This document shows, in pieces, positions 18,549 to 28,830 of a stretch of DNA of 64,000 nucleotides (positions are counted from its first letter, which is position 1; each line of letters starts with the position of its first letter). The DNA lies in NCBI GenBank assembly GCA_041665485.1, contig JBAYIT010000003.1, positions 3,146-67,145 on the forward strand. The letters are read 5' to 3'. The position numbers were made by a program, and so were the translations under genes. Origin of the DNA: Candidatus Shapirobacteria bacterium. GTDB taxonomy: Bacteria > Patescibacteriota > Microgenomatia > UBA12405. Below the pieces are notes generated by a model. It was not told where the DNA came from, did not search any database, and saw nothing but the letters and a program-made list of their open reading frames with translations.

Positions 18549-18956
18549 ATGAAAACTGAAAAGCCAATCGCCATCAAAACCGTTTCCAAAAAGAAAATTA
18601 CCAAAAATTTTGCCGAAGGTCGTCTCTATATTCACACCAGCTTCAACAATACCATTGCTTCAATTACCGATCCTAAGGGTAATTCTCTCGTTTGGGCCAG
18701 CGCTGGTAGTTGTGGTTTTAAAGGTGCTCGCCGTTCTACTCCTTTTGCCGCTGGCACTGCCATCGACAAAGTTTTAGAAGAAGCCAAAAAATTTGGTATC
18801 AAAAAATTATCGGTTTACATTAAGGGGCCGGGAACCGGTCGTGATGCCGCTTTAAGGTCGCTAAGGACCAAGCGTGATTTCGATATCGAGCAAATCGCCG
18901 ACATTACCCCCATCCCCCACAATGGTCCTCGGCCTCCCAAGGCTCGTCGTGTTTAA
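18549..18956 (+). CDS. rpsK: 30S ribosomal protein S11
   Basis: 135-aa S11 homolog. Confidence 0.92.
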   Translation: MKTEKPIAIKTVSKKKITKNFAEGRLYIHTSFNNTIASITDPKGNSLVWASAGSCGFKGARRSTPFAAGTAIDKVLEEAKKFGIKKLSVYIKGPGTGRDAALRSLRTKRDFDIEQIADITPIPHNGPRPPKARRV

Positions 18957-18958
18957 TT

Positions 18959-19591
18959 ATGGCTAGAATTACCGTCGATTCAAAATGCCGACTCTGTCGG
19001 GCTGAAGGTCTCAAGCTTTATTTAAAAGGAGCTCGTTGCTATTCTTCCAAATGTCCTGTCGAGAAGAAAGGTGCTGTTCCTCCCGGTATGCACGGTCTTA
19101 AACGTAGTAAAAAACCCTCTGATTACGGTCTCCAGCTTCGGGCCAAACAAAAAGCCAAGCGGACTTACGGCGTTTTGGAAACCCAATTCAAAAATTATTA
19201 CACCAAAGCTAAAAAGCTTAAAGGTCAAGTCGGTGACAATCTTATGTCTCTTTTGGAAAAAAGACTGGACAATATCGTTTATGTCTCCGGCCTGGCCCAA
19301 TCCCGCTCTCAAGCCAAACAGCTTGTCAGCCATCGTCAGATTCTCATCAACGGTAAACCGCTCAACATTTCTTCCTATAGCACTAAAATCGGTGATATTA
19401 TTTCTCTTTCTTCCTCTGCCTTAGAAAGAACCAAGGACAATCTTCGTTTATCAGACAAAGACTTTTCTTTTCCCAGTTGGTTGGATGTCAACAGGTCCAA
19501 CTTCACTGTTACTCTTACCGGAGAGCCCGATCCGGAGTCCTTTAACTTCACTTTCGATGTTAACTTAATTATTGAATATTATTCAAGATAA
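18959..19591 (+). CDS. rpsD: 30S ribosomal protein S4 (with N-terminal Cys cluster)
   Basis: 210 aa with 'CRLCRAEG...CYSSKC' plus an S4 domain. Confidence 0.92.
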   Translation: MARITVDSKCRLCRAEGLKLYLKGARCYSSKCPVEKKGAVPPGMHGLKRSKKPSDYGLQLRAKQKAKRTYGVLETQFKNYYTKAKKLKGQVGDNLMSLLEKRLDNIVYVSGLAQSRSQAKQLVSHRQILINGKPLNISSYSTKIGDIISLSSSALERTKDNLRLSDKDFSFPSWLDVNRSNFTVTLTGEPDPESFNFTFDVNLIIEYYSR

Positions 19592-19596
19592 AAAAT

Positions 19597-20511
19597 ATGA
19601 TTGACACTAGCAAATTCCATATCAAAACAGTCAAATCTACCGACACCTACGGTAAGTTTGAGTTTTATCCGCTTGTCGGCGGTTTCGGTCATACTATCGG
19701 CAATAGTCTTCGCCGGGTTTTGCTCATCACCATTCCTGGTGCTGCCATCACCCGCGTCCGTTTTGACGGCGCCAATCATCTTTTCACCACTCTTCCTGGT
19801 ATTAAGGAAGATTTAGTTGAAGTTTCCCTTAATCTTAAGAAAGTTAAATTCGCCTACGCCAGTGAGGAGCCAATTGATCTGGAAATCTCCAAGAAAGGCC
19901 CAGGCATTGTTACGGCTGCCGATATTGCCGGTAATGATCTTTGCAAGGTCACTAACCCCGACCAGATTATTGCCACTATTTCAGCCAAATCTGTCTTCAA
20001 GGCTAGTATCACCGTTGAGAAAGGTGTCGGTTATACCATGGCCAAGGAGCAAAAAACCGATATTGTCGGTGAAATAATCCTCGATGCCACTTTTACTCCC
20101 ATCCTTAAAGCCAATTACCTTGTCGAGCCAACTCGTTTAGGTAAAAAATCCGACTACGACAAGTTAACCATGGAAGTTTGGACCGATGGTTCCATTGATC
20201 CTTTAACTGCCATTAAGACTGCCGCCAAAGACCTCATCCGTTCTTTGAGCCAAATTATCGACCCCAAAGATTTTGAAGAAGAAGTTATTACTCTTTCTTC
20301 CATGCCGGTTATCCCGGGTAGTGACATTTCCGTCGAAGAAATAGAATTGCCCCTTCGGGTCACCAACGCTCTCAAAAAAGCTGGTTACGCTACCATTGAT
20401 TCTTTAATTAAGGGTAGTCGTTCCGAAGTAAGCAAAGCTAAAAACGTCGGCGAAAAATCGTTAAAAATTATTGATGCTTGGCTCTCCGAAAGGGGATTCA
20501 ATTGGAAATAA
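19597..20511 (+). CDS. rpoA: DNA-directed RNA polymerase subunit alpha
   Basis: 304 aa with N-terminal dimerisation and C-terminal alphaCTD regions. Confidence 0.92.
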   Translation: MIDTSKFHIKTVKSTDTYGKFEFYPLVGGFGHTIGNSLRRVLLITIPGAAITRVRFDGANHLFTTLPGIKEDLVEVSLNLKKVKFAYASEEPIDLEISKKGPGIVTAADIAGNDLCKVTNPDQIIATISAKSVFKASITVEKGVGYTMAKEQKTDIVGEIILDATFTPILKANYLVEPTRLGKKSDYDKLTMEVWTDGSIDPLTAIKTAAKDLIRSLSQIIDPKDFEEEVITLSSMPVIPGSDISVEEIELPLRVTNALKKAGYATIDSLIKGSRSEVSKAKNVGEKSLKIIDAWLSERGFNWK

Positions 20512-20517
20512 TCTCTC

Positions 20518-21009
20518 ATGAGACACCGAATTGCTGGCAAAAAATTAGGTAGAAATTTTCTACAGCGCAAGACACTCTTTCGCTCTCTGGCTAAATCCGT
20601 CCTAACTCACGGTAAAATTGTCACCACTAAGGCTAAAGCCAAAGCTGTTGTTCCCTTAATTGAGAAGCTTGTCAATGAAATTGTTAAGTCTTCGGCCATG
20701 TCAGCCCAGCGTAGTCTCCATCGTCATTTTGCCGACAGATCAGTTGTTGCCACTATCTATTCTCAAGTCAAACTGGCTTTTGAAGGTGTCACTTCCAATT
20801 TTACTAGAATCGCTCCCATTGGCTTTCGTCAGGGTGATAATTCTTTAATGGTCGAACTTTCTTTAGCCAAAGAATTAGTCAAACCCGTCGTCATCGCCCC
20901 TGCCAAAATTAAAAAAGCCGAAAAAGTTGAGAAAGTCAAAAAAGTTGAAAAAGTAGTAAAAGAAGTTAAAAAAGTGAAAGTTCCAGCCAAGAAGGCTATC
21001 AAAAAATAA
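20518..21009 (+). CDS. rplQ: 50S ribosomal protein L17 with Lys-rich C-terminal tail
   Basis: 163 aa. L17 core plus a 'KKAEKVEKVKKVEKVVKEVKKVKVPAKKAIKK' tail. Confidence 0.88.
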   Translation: MRHRIAGKKLGRNFLQRKTLFRSLAKSVLTHGKIVTTKAKAKAVVPLIEKLVNEIVKSSAMSAQRSLHRHFADRSVVATIYSQVKLAFEGVTSNFTRIAPIGFRQGDNSLMVELSLAKELVKPVVIAPAKIKKAEKVEKVKKVEKVVKEVKKVKVPAKKAIKK

Positions 21010-21443
21010 TGACCCACTATCAAACCCCCATCACTAAAGAATTTCAAAAAAGACAATGGCATCTTATTGATGTCGCCGGTCTAACTCTTGGCCGTATTTC
21101 CACTAAAATTGCCGGCCTGCTTATTGGCAAAGGCCTCCCCGGTTTTTCTTATCATCAAGATTCCGGTGATTTCGTTGTGGTTATCAATACTGATAAAATC
21201 AGAGTTACTGGCGACAAATTAAATTCCAAGATTTACAATTCATATTCGGGATTTCCCGGTGGTTTAAAAAGCCTTAGTCTTAAGCAGTTAATGGCCAAAG
21301 ATTCAACTTTGGTTATTAAAAACGCTGTTGCCGGCATGATCCCCAAAAATCGTCTTCGTCACCTGCGCATGGCTCGTCTTAAAATCTTTGCCTCAAGCCA
21401 GCACCCTTTTACCAGTAACTTTATTAGTCAAGACAAAAAATAA
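21009..21443 (+). CDS. rplM: 50S ribosomal protein L13
   Basis: 144-aa L13 homolog. Confidence 0.9.
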   Translation: MTHYQTPITKEFQKRQWHLIDVAGLTLGRISTKIAGLLIGKGLPGFSYHQDSGDFVVVINTDKIRVTGDKLNSKIYNSYSGFPGGLKSLSLKQLMAKDSTLVIKNAVAGMIPKNRLRHLRMARLKIFASSQHPFTSNFISQDKK

Positions 21444-21446
21444 ACT

Positions 21447-21866
21447 ATGGTCGCTTCATCTAAAACAACTGCTAATAGATACACTTATGCTTACGGTCGT
21501 CGCAAGTCAGCCGTCGCCACAGTAAAATTATTTTCCAAAGACGGTGATTCCACTGTCAATACTCTTCCTATTGCTAAATATTTTGCCAGTTTAAGGCAGG
21601 AAAATGTTTGTCTTCTACCCTTTACGGCCACCAACACCGTTGGTAAATATCACTTTATTGCCAAAGTTGTCGGCGGTGGTAAAAGCGGTCAAAGTGAAGC
21701 TTTGTCCCTAGCAATTTCCCGCTGTCTTCAAAAAATTGATAAGGTCGCCAACACTCCTCTTTTACGCCAATTCAGTTTGTTGACGGTTGATTCTCGAGTC
21801 AGAGAAAGGCGAATGATTGGCACTGGTGGTAAAGCCCGTCGCCAAAAGCAATCCCCCAAACGTTAG
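21447..21866 (+). CDS. rpsI: 30S ribosomal protein S9
   Basis: 139 aa with a C-terminal 'RRQKQSPKR'. Confidence 0.92.
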   Translation: MVASSKTTANRYTYAYGRRKSAVATVKLFSKDGDSTVNTLPIAKYFASLRQENVCLLPFTATNTVGKYHFIAKVVGGGKSGQSEALSLAISRCLQKIDKVANTPLLRQFSLLTVDSRVRERRMIGTGGKARRQKQSPKR

Positions 21867-21902
21867 TATTACGTCATTGCGAGCGAAGCGTGGCAATCTC
21901 GT

Positions 21903-22631
21903 ATGGATCTAGCACAAAGCTTAATTTTATCTATTATCCAAGGTCTAACCGAATTTTTGCCTGTTTCTTCCTCCGGCCACTTAAATTTATTTCAGCATTT
22001 TTTTGGTCTCACCCCAAGTTTATCGTTTGATGTTTTATTAAATACGGCCACTCTCTTTTCTGTCCTCTTCTTTTTTCGCTCCCAAGTCAGATTTTTTATC
22101 GATAATCTAGGTAAAATAATTATTGCCTCCTTACCTGCTGGTCTTATCGGCGTTTTATTTAAATCGTCTCTCGAGCAAATTTTTGCCAATTTTTCTTATT
22201 TATCTTACTTCTTTCTAATTACTAGTATCTTGCTTCTTAGTTCTTATCTCTTAAAGCCCGCTAATAATAGTCTTACTTATAAGCGGGCTTTACTTATCGG
22301 CTTTTTCCAAGCCCTGGCCATTCTCCCCGGTGTTTCCCGGGCTGGTTCCACCATTTTCGCCGGCCTGCTTCTTGGCCTATCTCCTGTTACCGCCTTCAAT
22401 TTTTCCTTCGCTCTTTTTATCCCCGCCTCTCTCGGCGCTCTTCTTCTCTCCCTCAAAGATATTGGTCAAATTGGTCTTAGTGGTCCTATTATCATCTCCT
22501 CTCTTGCTGTGACTTTTATTGTCGGTGTTTTTGCCCTCAAACTCCTCCGCCGTTTCGTAATTTCCCGCCGTCTCTGGCCCTTCGGCCTCTATACTTTAAT
22601 TCTCGCTATAATTTTATTTCTCGTCTCATGA
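21903..22631 (+). CDS. uppP: undecaprenyl-diphosphatase (BacA/UppP)
   Basis: 242 aa with 'TEFLPVSSSGH' and 'PGVSRAGSTI' motifs. Confidence 0.85.
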   Translation: MDLAQSLILSIIQGLTEFLPVSSSGHLNLFQHFFGLTPSLSFDVLLNTATLFSVLFFFRSQVRFFIDNLGKIIIASLPAGLIGVLFKSSLEQIFANFSYLSYFFLITSILLLSSYLLKPANNSLTYKRALLIGFFQALAILPGVSRAGSTIFAGLLLGLSPVTAFNFSFALFIPASLGALLLSLKDIGQIGLSGPIIISSLAVTFIVGVFALKLLRRFVISRRLWPFGLYTLILAIILFLVS

Positions 22632-24376
22632 AAAACATTGCCAAGATTATTAAGATTTCCCGTCCGCTTTATAAAATTCTCGCCTTTATTGTCTTTTTGA
22701 TTATTACCTCGGTTTGCCTTGAGCTGGCCGCTCCGCTGGTGTCCAAACTTATTGTTGATCAAATCGTTACCAATAAAAGTTCCTCCGATCTTATTCGTCT
22801 TGTCGTTCTCATGTTCGGTCTTAATTTTTTGGGCATTTCCATTTCTGCCATTTCCGAACGGCTAGGCGATCATTTTGCCGGTCAACAAAGAAGGCTATTA
22901 ACTGAAAAATTTTACCAAAAGGTCTTGTCCCTCCCCCAGTCTTACTTTGATTCCGAAATTTCTGGCAAAATCATCAATCAACTAAGCCGCGGTATTTTCA
23001 CTATTCAAGGGTTTACTAACGCCGCCACTAATTTTATCGTTCCCTCCTTTTTGCAAAGCATTTTAACTATTTTTCTTTTAGCCCGTTACAGCCTGCCTAT
23101 CGCTGGCCTAGTTTTTTGCCTTTTTCCCATTTATCTGGCTCTCTCTTATTATTCCTCTCTCAAATGGGGTCAGCATGAAGTTGGTAAAAACAAGCTTGAA
23201 GACGAGCTCCGTGGCCGGATTCAGGAAGTTGTTGCCAACATTAAAATTGTCAAAGGCTTTCTTACTCAAAATAGCGAATCCCATTTTGTTTCTCAAAAAC
23301 TTCTTCAAATCAACAAAATTTATGCCGTCCAAAGCTCTTCTTATCATTGGATTGATTTTCTAAGAAATGCCAGTCTGGTCATCGTTCTCTTAGGCATTAA
23401 CATCGTCGTCTATCAACAAACTTTTCGCGGAATTTTAACTATTGGTGAAATGGTTTTAATCATCCAGCTTGTTCTACAGGCTAGGCGGCCTCTTTTTGCT
23501 ATGTCCTTTATTCTTACTCAACTTCAAAACGCCGAAAGTGGCTCCAAAGAATTTTTCGACATTTTAGAGCTCCCCGATCGCGAATCCTACCAAGCCTCCT
23601 CCTCTCCAAAACTCACCAATCCAAATCTTGAATTCCGTCAAGTTTCCTTTAATTATCAAGATTCGGTCAATGTTTTAAACAAGGTCTCTTTTACTATTAA
23701 TTCCCAAGAAAAAATTGCTCTAGTCGGTCCCTCGGGGGCCGGTAAAACCACTATCACCAACTTAATTCTTAAACTTTATCAGCCCACCAGTGGCGAGATC
23801 TTCATGTCTGGTAAAAGCTACCAAAAACTAAGTTTCGCTCAAATTAGGCAAAACATTGCCCTAGTTTTTCAAGAAAACGAATTATTTTCCAGTACTATTA
23901 AAGCCAATGTTGCCTATGGCACTAAAGCCACTGATGCCGAAATTATCTCCGCCCTCAAATCTGCCAATGCCTATGACTTTGTTAAAAAGTTACCCAATGG
24001 TTTAAATTCCCAGGTTGGCGAGAGGGGAGTCAAGCTCTCCGGTGGCCAAAAACAGCGCATCCAAATTGCCAGGGCCATTCTTAAAAACGCCCCCATTTTA
24101 ATTCTTGATGAGGCCACCAGTAGCCTCGACGCCAAATCAGAAGCCGAGGTTCAGGAGGCCTTGGAAAAGTTAATGGCCAAAAAGCTCGTCATTATTATTG
24201 CCCACCGTTTTTCCACCTTAAGCCATGTAGATAAAGTTATGGTTCTTGATGGCGGCCAAATCGTCCAGTCCGGCACTCCCAAAGAATTAGCCAAGATTAA
24301 GGGTATTTATTCCGATCTCCTAAACTACCAAATCGAGGGCAACCGTCGCCTCCTCGAAGGTTTCGAATTATCCTAA
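22628..24376 (+). CDS. ABC transporter, fused permease/ATP-binding protein (type I exporter, MsbA-like)
   Basis: 582 aa with 6 TM segments, Walker A 'GPSGAGKTT', ABC signature 'LSGGQKQR' and Walker B 'ILILDEATS'. Confidence 0.85.
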   Translation: MKNIAKIIKISRPLYKILAFIVFLIITSVCLELAAPLVSKLIVDQIVTNKSSSDLIRLVVLMFGLNFLGISISAISERLGDHFAGQQRRLLTEKFYQKVLSLPQSYFDSEISGKIINQLSRGIFTIQGFTNAATNFIVPSFLQSILTIFLLARYSLPIAGLVFCLFPIYLALSYYSSLKWGQHEVGKNKLEDELRGRIQEVVANIKIVKGFLTQNSESHFVSQKLLQINKIYAVQSSSYHWIDFLRNASLVIVLLGINIVVYQQTFRGILTIGEMVLIIQLVLQARRPLFAMSFILTQLQNAESGSKEFFDILELPDRESYQASSSPKLTNPNLEFRQVSFNYQDSVNVLNKVSFTINSQEKIALVGPSGAGKTTITNLILKLYQPTSGEIFMSGKSYQKLSFAQIRQNIALVFQENELFSSTIKANVAYGTKATDAEIISALKSANAYDFVKKLPNGLNSQVGERGVKLSGGQKQRIQIARAILKNAPILILDEATSSLDAKSEAEVQEALEKLMAKKLVIIIAHRFSTLSHVDKVMVLDGGQIVQSGTPKELAKIKGIYSDLLNYQIEGNRRLLEGFELS

Positions 24377-24382
24377 CGCCCT

Positions 24383-24982
24383 TTATTTATCAATAACCAT
24401 CATCTCCTCGTTCCTAACAGTTTTTATTTCAGCTCCCTCTTCTCTTTTAAACTTTTCTAATTCATCATTTTGAGTCTCCTCATAATGTGGCCAGACTTCA
24501 AAGTCCACCACTCCTAATCCAGTTAAGTCTTTTAATTCTAGTTCGTTAATATCCCCAGTTTTGGCTATTCTAATTGATGGTGTTAGCACTATTGCCCCGG
24601 CGCTAAAGCCCGCCAACACCACTCCACCTTTTTGCCAAAGCTTTTCAATTGCTTTATCGAGGCCCGATAGTCGCAAATGATTTAGTAATCTAAAAGTATT
24701 TCCGCCAGTGATCATCACCACGTTAGCCGACAATAATTTCTCTCTTTCGACAGTTGCCTCTTCTCCTCGTTTTGAATTATCAATAAACACAAATTTAGCC
24801 CCACAACTTTTGGCAAAATCCTGCCAGATTGGTGTAAATTTAGCATTGGCCTCAACACTATCGCCCTCCGACGGTATATAGGCAAATATTTTCTCCGTTA
24901 AATATTCCGGGAATAAAACAGCTTTTAGTTTTTTAAAAATATCCGGCGATGGTTGGGAAAATAAAACTAACCTTTTTAGCAT
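24383..24982 (-). CDS. peptidase S51 (dipeptidase E/cyanophycinase-like) family protein
   Basis: 199 aa. 'VVMITGGNTFRLLNHL...LAGFSAGA' resembles the S51 catalytic region. Confidence 0.55.
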   Translation of the reverse strand: MLKRLVLFSQPSPDIFKKLKAVLFPEYLTEKIFAYIPSEGDSVEANAKFTPIWQDFAKSCGAKFVFIDNSKRGEEATVEREKLLSANVVMITGGNTFRLLNHLRLSGLDKAIEKLWQKGGVVLAGFSAGAIVLTPSIRIAKTGDINELELKDLTGLGVVDFEVWPHYEETQNDELEKFKREEGAEIKTVRNEEMMVIDK

Positions 24983-25002
24983 GAGTCAATTATACGACAA
25001 TT

Positions 25003-25512
25003 TTACACCACCAAATATTTTAGTAAAACCAATTTTACTGCCGTTTCTATAAAGGGGATTCTGTCCTTAATGATAATTCCAATATGTTGGCAAACTGGGT
25101 CTGGGTTTTCTGCCAAGTACTGTCGCACAAAATCTCCTAATTCTTTGTTTTTCTTTAAAATATTTTGATGAAATTTTGGTAGTAAAAGTTTGTGTGATCT
25201 AGCTAAAAATCTTTTTCCGTCTCTAGAAATTAATGCCGCCCAACACAACATTTCATAATCACTTTTACGATTTTTTTGATAGCCAACTTCGATTCCCAAC
25301 GAACAGTCTGCCTCGTTAAATTTTGCCAAAGCATTTTTAGCTCGATTAATCGCTCCTCGTTTAGTCTCTTTACTGCTTATCGGCTGGTTGGCTACTCCAC
25401 TTAACACTTCAAACGATTCTATTGTCGCCTTCACCCCCAGCTCTACCAACACCCCTTCCAAAACTGCTCTTTTTCTCTCCGACCCCGTCCCCAATGCAAT
25501 TTTCATCATCAA
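25003..25512 (-). CDS. inosine/xanthosine triphosphatase (YjjX/DUF84 family)
   Basis: 169 aa. 'KIALGTGSERKRAVLEG...FEVLSGVANQPISSKETKRGAINRA' aligns with E. coli YjjX as I recall it. Confidence 0.6.
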   Translation of the reverse strand: MMMKIALGTGSERKRAVLEGVLVELGVKATIESFEVLSGVANQPISSKETKRGAINRAKNALAKFNEADCSLGIEVGYQKNRKSDYEMLCWAALISRDGKRFLARSHKLLLPKFHQNILKKNKELGDFVRQYLAENPDPVCQHIGIIIKDRIPFIETAVKLVLLKYLVV

Positions 25513-25515
25513 TAA

Positions 25516-26277
25516 TTACCCATCAATATTCTCTCTTTTCAGTAAATACCCGCCGTCGGCAGAAATTATTTGGCCGGTGATATAAGCAGAAGCATTACTT
25601 AAAAGAAAAACAATCACCTTGGCGATATCCTCCGGTTCGGCTAATCTTTTTAGCAACACGTTGTTTTCCATGAATTTTATCCCCGCCTTATCAAAATCAT
25701 CTAAAAGCATTTTTGTTTTTGTCCAGCCCGGTGCCACTCCGTTAACCCTAATATTTGGGGCATATTGTACTGCTAAATTTTCCGTTAGTTTTGCCAATCC
25801 TGCCTTAGCCACTCCGTAGCTACTAATCGACGGCTTGGCCGTTCCCGGCACTCCCCAAAGAGATACCACGTTTACGACTACCCCCGATTTTTGTTTTTCC
25901 ATCAGAGGCATTACATAACGGCACAAATGAACCGCCCCCATAATGTCTAAATCAAAAGATTTTTGCCACTCACTATCAGGATCGGTAATCGTTGCCCATC
26001 CACCCCCGCCGGCATTATTGACCAGTCCGTCAATTCGGCCGTATTTTTTAACGATTAAATCAACCATTATTTTTACCTCGCCATCTTTAGTCACATCAGC
26101 AAGTTGAAAATCAGAATTAGGAACTCCTGCCGAAGCCGATTTTAACTCTTCCTCTGATTTGGCCGAACTCAAAATGACTTTAGCCCCCAGTGATGACAAG
26201 GTCTTTGCCGTCGCCAATCCAATTCCTCGAGACGACCCGGTCACTAAAATTACCTTATCTTTTAAGTCTTCAAGCAT
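25516..26277 (-). CDS. SDR-family oxidoreductase (FabG-like)
   Basis: 253 aa with 'VTGSSRGIGLATAK' Rossmann and 'YGVAKAG' catalytic motifs. Confidence 0.8.
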   Translation of the reverse strand: MLEDLKDKVILVTGSSRGIGLATAKTLSSLGAKVILSSAKSEEELKSASAGVPNSDFQLADVTKDGEVKIMVDLIVKKYGRIDGLVNNAGGGGWATITDPDSEWQKSFDLDIMGAVHLCRYVMPLMEKQKSGVVVNVVSLWGVPGTAKPSISSYGVAKAGLAKLTENLAVQYAPNIRVNGVAPGWTKTKMLLDDFDKAGIKFMENNVLLKRLAEPEDIAKVIVFLLSNASAYITGQIISADGGYLLKRENIDG

Positions 26278-26283
26278 AGTTAA

Positions 26284-27369
26284 TTATACAAGATTTTTAA
26301 CCACTCTTTTTCCCACCTCCATCCCCGGCAGTTCAACTAGTCGATAAGTCACCGAAGAAATAATAATGCTAATAATAAATAACAAAAAATACCGAATAGA
26401 AAAATTTAGTAATGGCAAATTTACAAAATCCACTAGATTTAAAGTAGTCATTAATTTCAACACCGCAAAGTGGCTAATATAGAGGCTGAAACTTATTTTG
26501 CCAATAAAAACAGTAGATTTATTTACTACTAATTTAGTCGGATGCAAAGACAGTAGATATACCCCAACCCCCATCAAAACGGCAAAAATAAACTGGTAGG
26601 GGAAAATGGTTTTGGTAATTAATTGCATAAATACTGCCACTAAAAATAATTGCCCAAAAATCACATCAGAAGCCGATAATTTAATCTTAGAAACTTTGGT
26701 CTTTATTAGTTGGTAAACCGTAAATCCCACTCCGAAAACCGATAGTTGTGATGGTAAAAAGTAATTAAGATAATCAAGCCCTGTCCTTGATGACCCCAGC
26801 GGTGTCAGTTTAATTAAAAAGTAATAAATTACTTGAAAAAGTATTGCCGTCAAAACGGCAAATAGCCAGGTTATTTTCAGATTTTTAAGTGCAAAAAACA
26901 GCAGTGGGAAAAATACATAAAAGCCCATTTCGGTAGCAATCGACCATCCTCCCGGCACCAGCACATTAATCCATTCCGGTCTCAACCCATGAGTAAAAGT
27001 AAGGGTCGAAAGTATCGTTCCCCAATTAACCGGCGAACTCACTCCCAAAATCAGTCTGTCTTGGGATCCAAAATAAAAGTAATAAAAAATGGAGGCCAAG
27101 TAGAATAGGGGAGCAATTCGAAAAAACCTCCGGATATAAAAATTCAAAATCGGCCGCTTTTCATCTTGCTTTCTTTTTTCAAAAGACAAACACAGTGTCA
27201 GAGCGCTGATAATAAAAAATAGTTGCACCCCCAATGTCCCGTGATTTAATAACTCTTTTACTGCCGGCGAATAGTTATTAGTTCCAAATAGCTGGCAATG
27301 TGTTGCCATCACCATCATTATCGCCACCCCCCGCAGGGCATCTATATACCGATAATTTTTCACCTCCAT
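26284..27369 (-). CDS. acyltransferase family 3 (membrane O-acyltransferase)
   Basis: 361-aa polytopic protein. The N-terminal 'RYIDALRGVAIMMVMATHC' is typical of the acyltransferase_3 family. Confidence 0.7.
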   Translation of the reverse strand: MEVKNYRYIDALRGVAIMMVMATHCQLFGTNNYSPAVKELLNHGTLGVQLFFIISALTLCLSFEKRKQDEKRPILNFYIRRFFRIAPLFYLASIFYYFYFGSQDRLILGVSSPVNWGTILSTLTFTHGLRPEWINVLVPGGWSIATEMGFYVFFPLLFFALKNLKITWLFAVLTAILFQVIYYFLIKLTPLGSSRTGLDYLNYFLPSQLSVFGVGFTVYQLIKTKVSKIKLSASDVIFGQLFLVAVFMQLITKTIFPYQFIFAVLMGVGVYLLSLHPTKLVVNKSTVFIGKISFSLYISHFAVLKLMTTLNLVDFVNLPLLNFSIRYFLLFIISIIISSVTYRLVELPGMEVGKRVVKNLV

Positions 27370-27408
27370 CTTTAGCAGTTTACCAAAAAGTTAATTTATA
27401 ATTACTCA

Positions 27409-28749
27409 ATGGAGTTTATAAAAAAATATAAGATTACACTTCTATTGGCGGTTGTTTTAGCCATAGTCCTTTGCTTTTTTACTTTTCCCTTTAAAAACAA
27501 AAGTTATATTTTTGATTGGGATCAAGCCAATGACTATGAAGCCGTTGCTAAAATCGCCGCTGGCAAATTTACTCTAATTGGTCCTCGGGTTACTAGTGAC
27601 AACGGCTTTTTCCTCGGTCCATGGCATTATTATTTCCTCATACCATTTTTTGTTATCACTCACGGGAGTTTAGATATGGGCTTTTTTGCCGTTCTTCTTG
27701 TCCAATACCTATTTGTTATTACCTCGTTTATTTTGGTCAAAAAATGGTTTGGAACCCTTGCTGCTCTTACTGTTGGTGTCTTTTTCGCCACCCAGGCGAA
27801 TATTGTTGCCTGGGGGTTTATGTATGTCCCTCTACTAAGCCTACTTTTCTTTTCTTTCTGTCTTAAAACTATCAAAAATCCCAAATTTTTACCCCTCTTG
27901 TTTTTACTTTTTGGCTTTGGTTGCACCACCTATGCCGTCTTTTATGCTCTAATTTTTCCCTTAACTTATATTTCACTCTCTTTATTAATTCAGCAAAAAA
28001 CCACCTGGAAACAATTTTTTTTGGGAGCTATTTTGGCAACAGTTCCCTATACTCCTCTTTTAATCTTCGACCTTCGGCACAATTTTTTAAATATCAAAAA
28101 CATGCTTGGATTTGCTGGCGGCCAAGCCGGTTCCGGCGCTCAAGCCGGTTATTTTACCAAAGTATTTTTTAGAGCCCTTGAAGTCTCTTGGTTAAATCAA
28201 GAATTTGCCCCCTATCTGTCTTTTATTATCGTAATTCTAACTTTAGTCATTTTAATCGTCGGGGCTCTAGTTCTTTTCAAAAAAAACAAACTTTTTATCT
28301 TTATCTGGCTTCTGTCTTCACTAATTCCTCTAGCCTTTTTTAAAGGCAATGTTTCCGAATATTATTACGCCCCAGTAATCCTTCTCACCCCTATTTTTCT
28401 TTCTGGTTTTTTAGTTAAAAAAGGCAAAATCGGCCAAACACTTTTGGTTGCATTAATACTTTTACTAGTTGGTCTACGGTTAAAAGATAAATATTTCAGT
28501 CCATCAGGCGTCGTTTTAACCGACAAAATTGCCGTTGTTAAGGAATTAGAAAAGTTAAATACCAAATATTCTATTTCCTACGAATTAGGTTTGGGTCAGA
28601 ATAGTGGTTACGATACTATTTTCAAAACAATTGGCAAAAATTATGTTGCCGACGGCTCGTCGCCGCTTTACACCATCACTTACCCCAATACTCCCATCAG
28701 TGGCACCCTCCTCGTCACTACTGGGAAATTATCAATTTACAAAAGATGA
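27409..28749 (+). CDS. polytopic membrane protein, GT-C (ArnT/PMT-like) glycosyltransferase-like
   Basis: 446 aa with about 11 TM helices and an acidic first loop (FDWDQANDYE). Confidence 0.4.
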   Translation: MEFIKKYKITLLLAVVLAIVLCFFTFPFKNKSYIFDWDQANDYEAVAKIAAGKFTLIGPRVTSDNGFFLGPWHYYFLIPFFVITHGSLDMGFFAVLLVQYLFVITSFILVKKWFGTLAALTVGVFFATQANIVAWGFMYVPLLSLLFFSFCLKTIKNPKFLPLLFLLFGFGCTTYAVFYALIFPLTYISLSLLIQQKTTWKQFFLGAILATVPYTPLLIFDLRHNFLNIKNMLGFAGGQAGSGAQAGYFTKVFFRALEVSWLNQEFAPYLSFIIVILTLVILIVGALVLFKKNKLFIFIWLLSSLIPLAFFKGNVSEYYYAPVILLTPIFLSGFLVKKGKIGQTLLVALILLLVGLRLKDKYFSPSGVVLTDKIAVVKELEKLNTKYSISYELGLGQNSGYDTIFKTIGKNYVADGSSPLYTITYPNTPISGTLLVTTGKLSIYKR

Positions 28750-28830
28750 ATAAAACACTCCTGTCCAAATTATGTCCGTTACACTACCTCTTCCTAAGGG
28801 CATCTATATATCGATAATTTTTTAGCTCCA

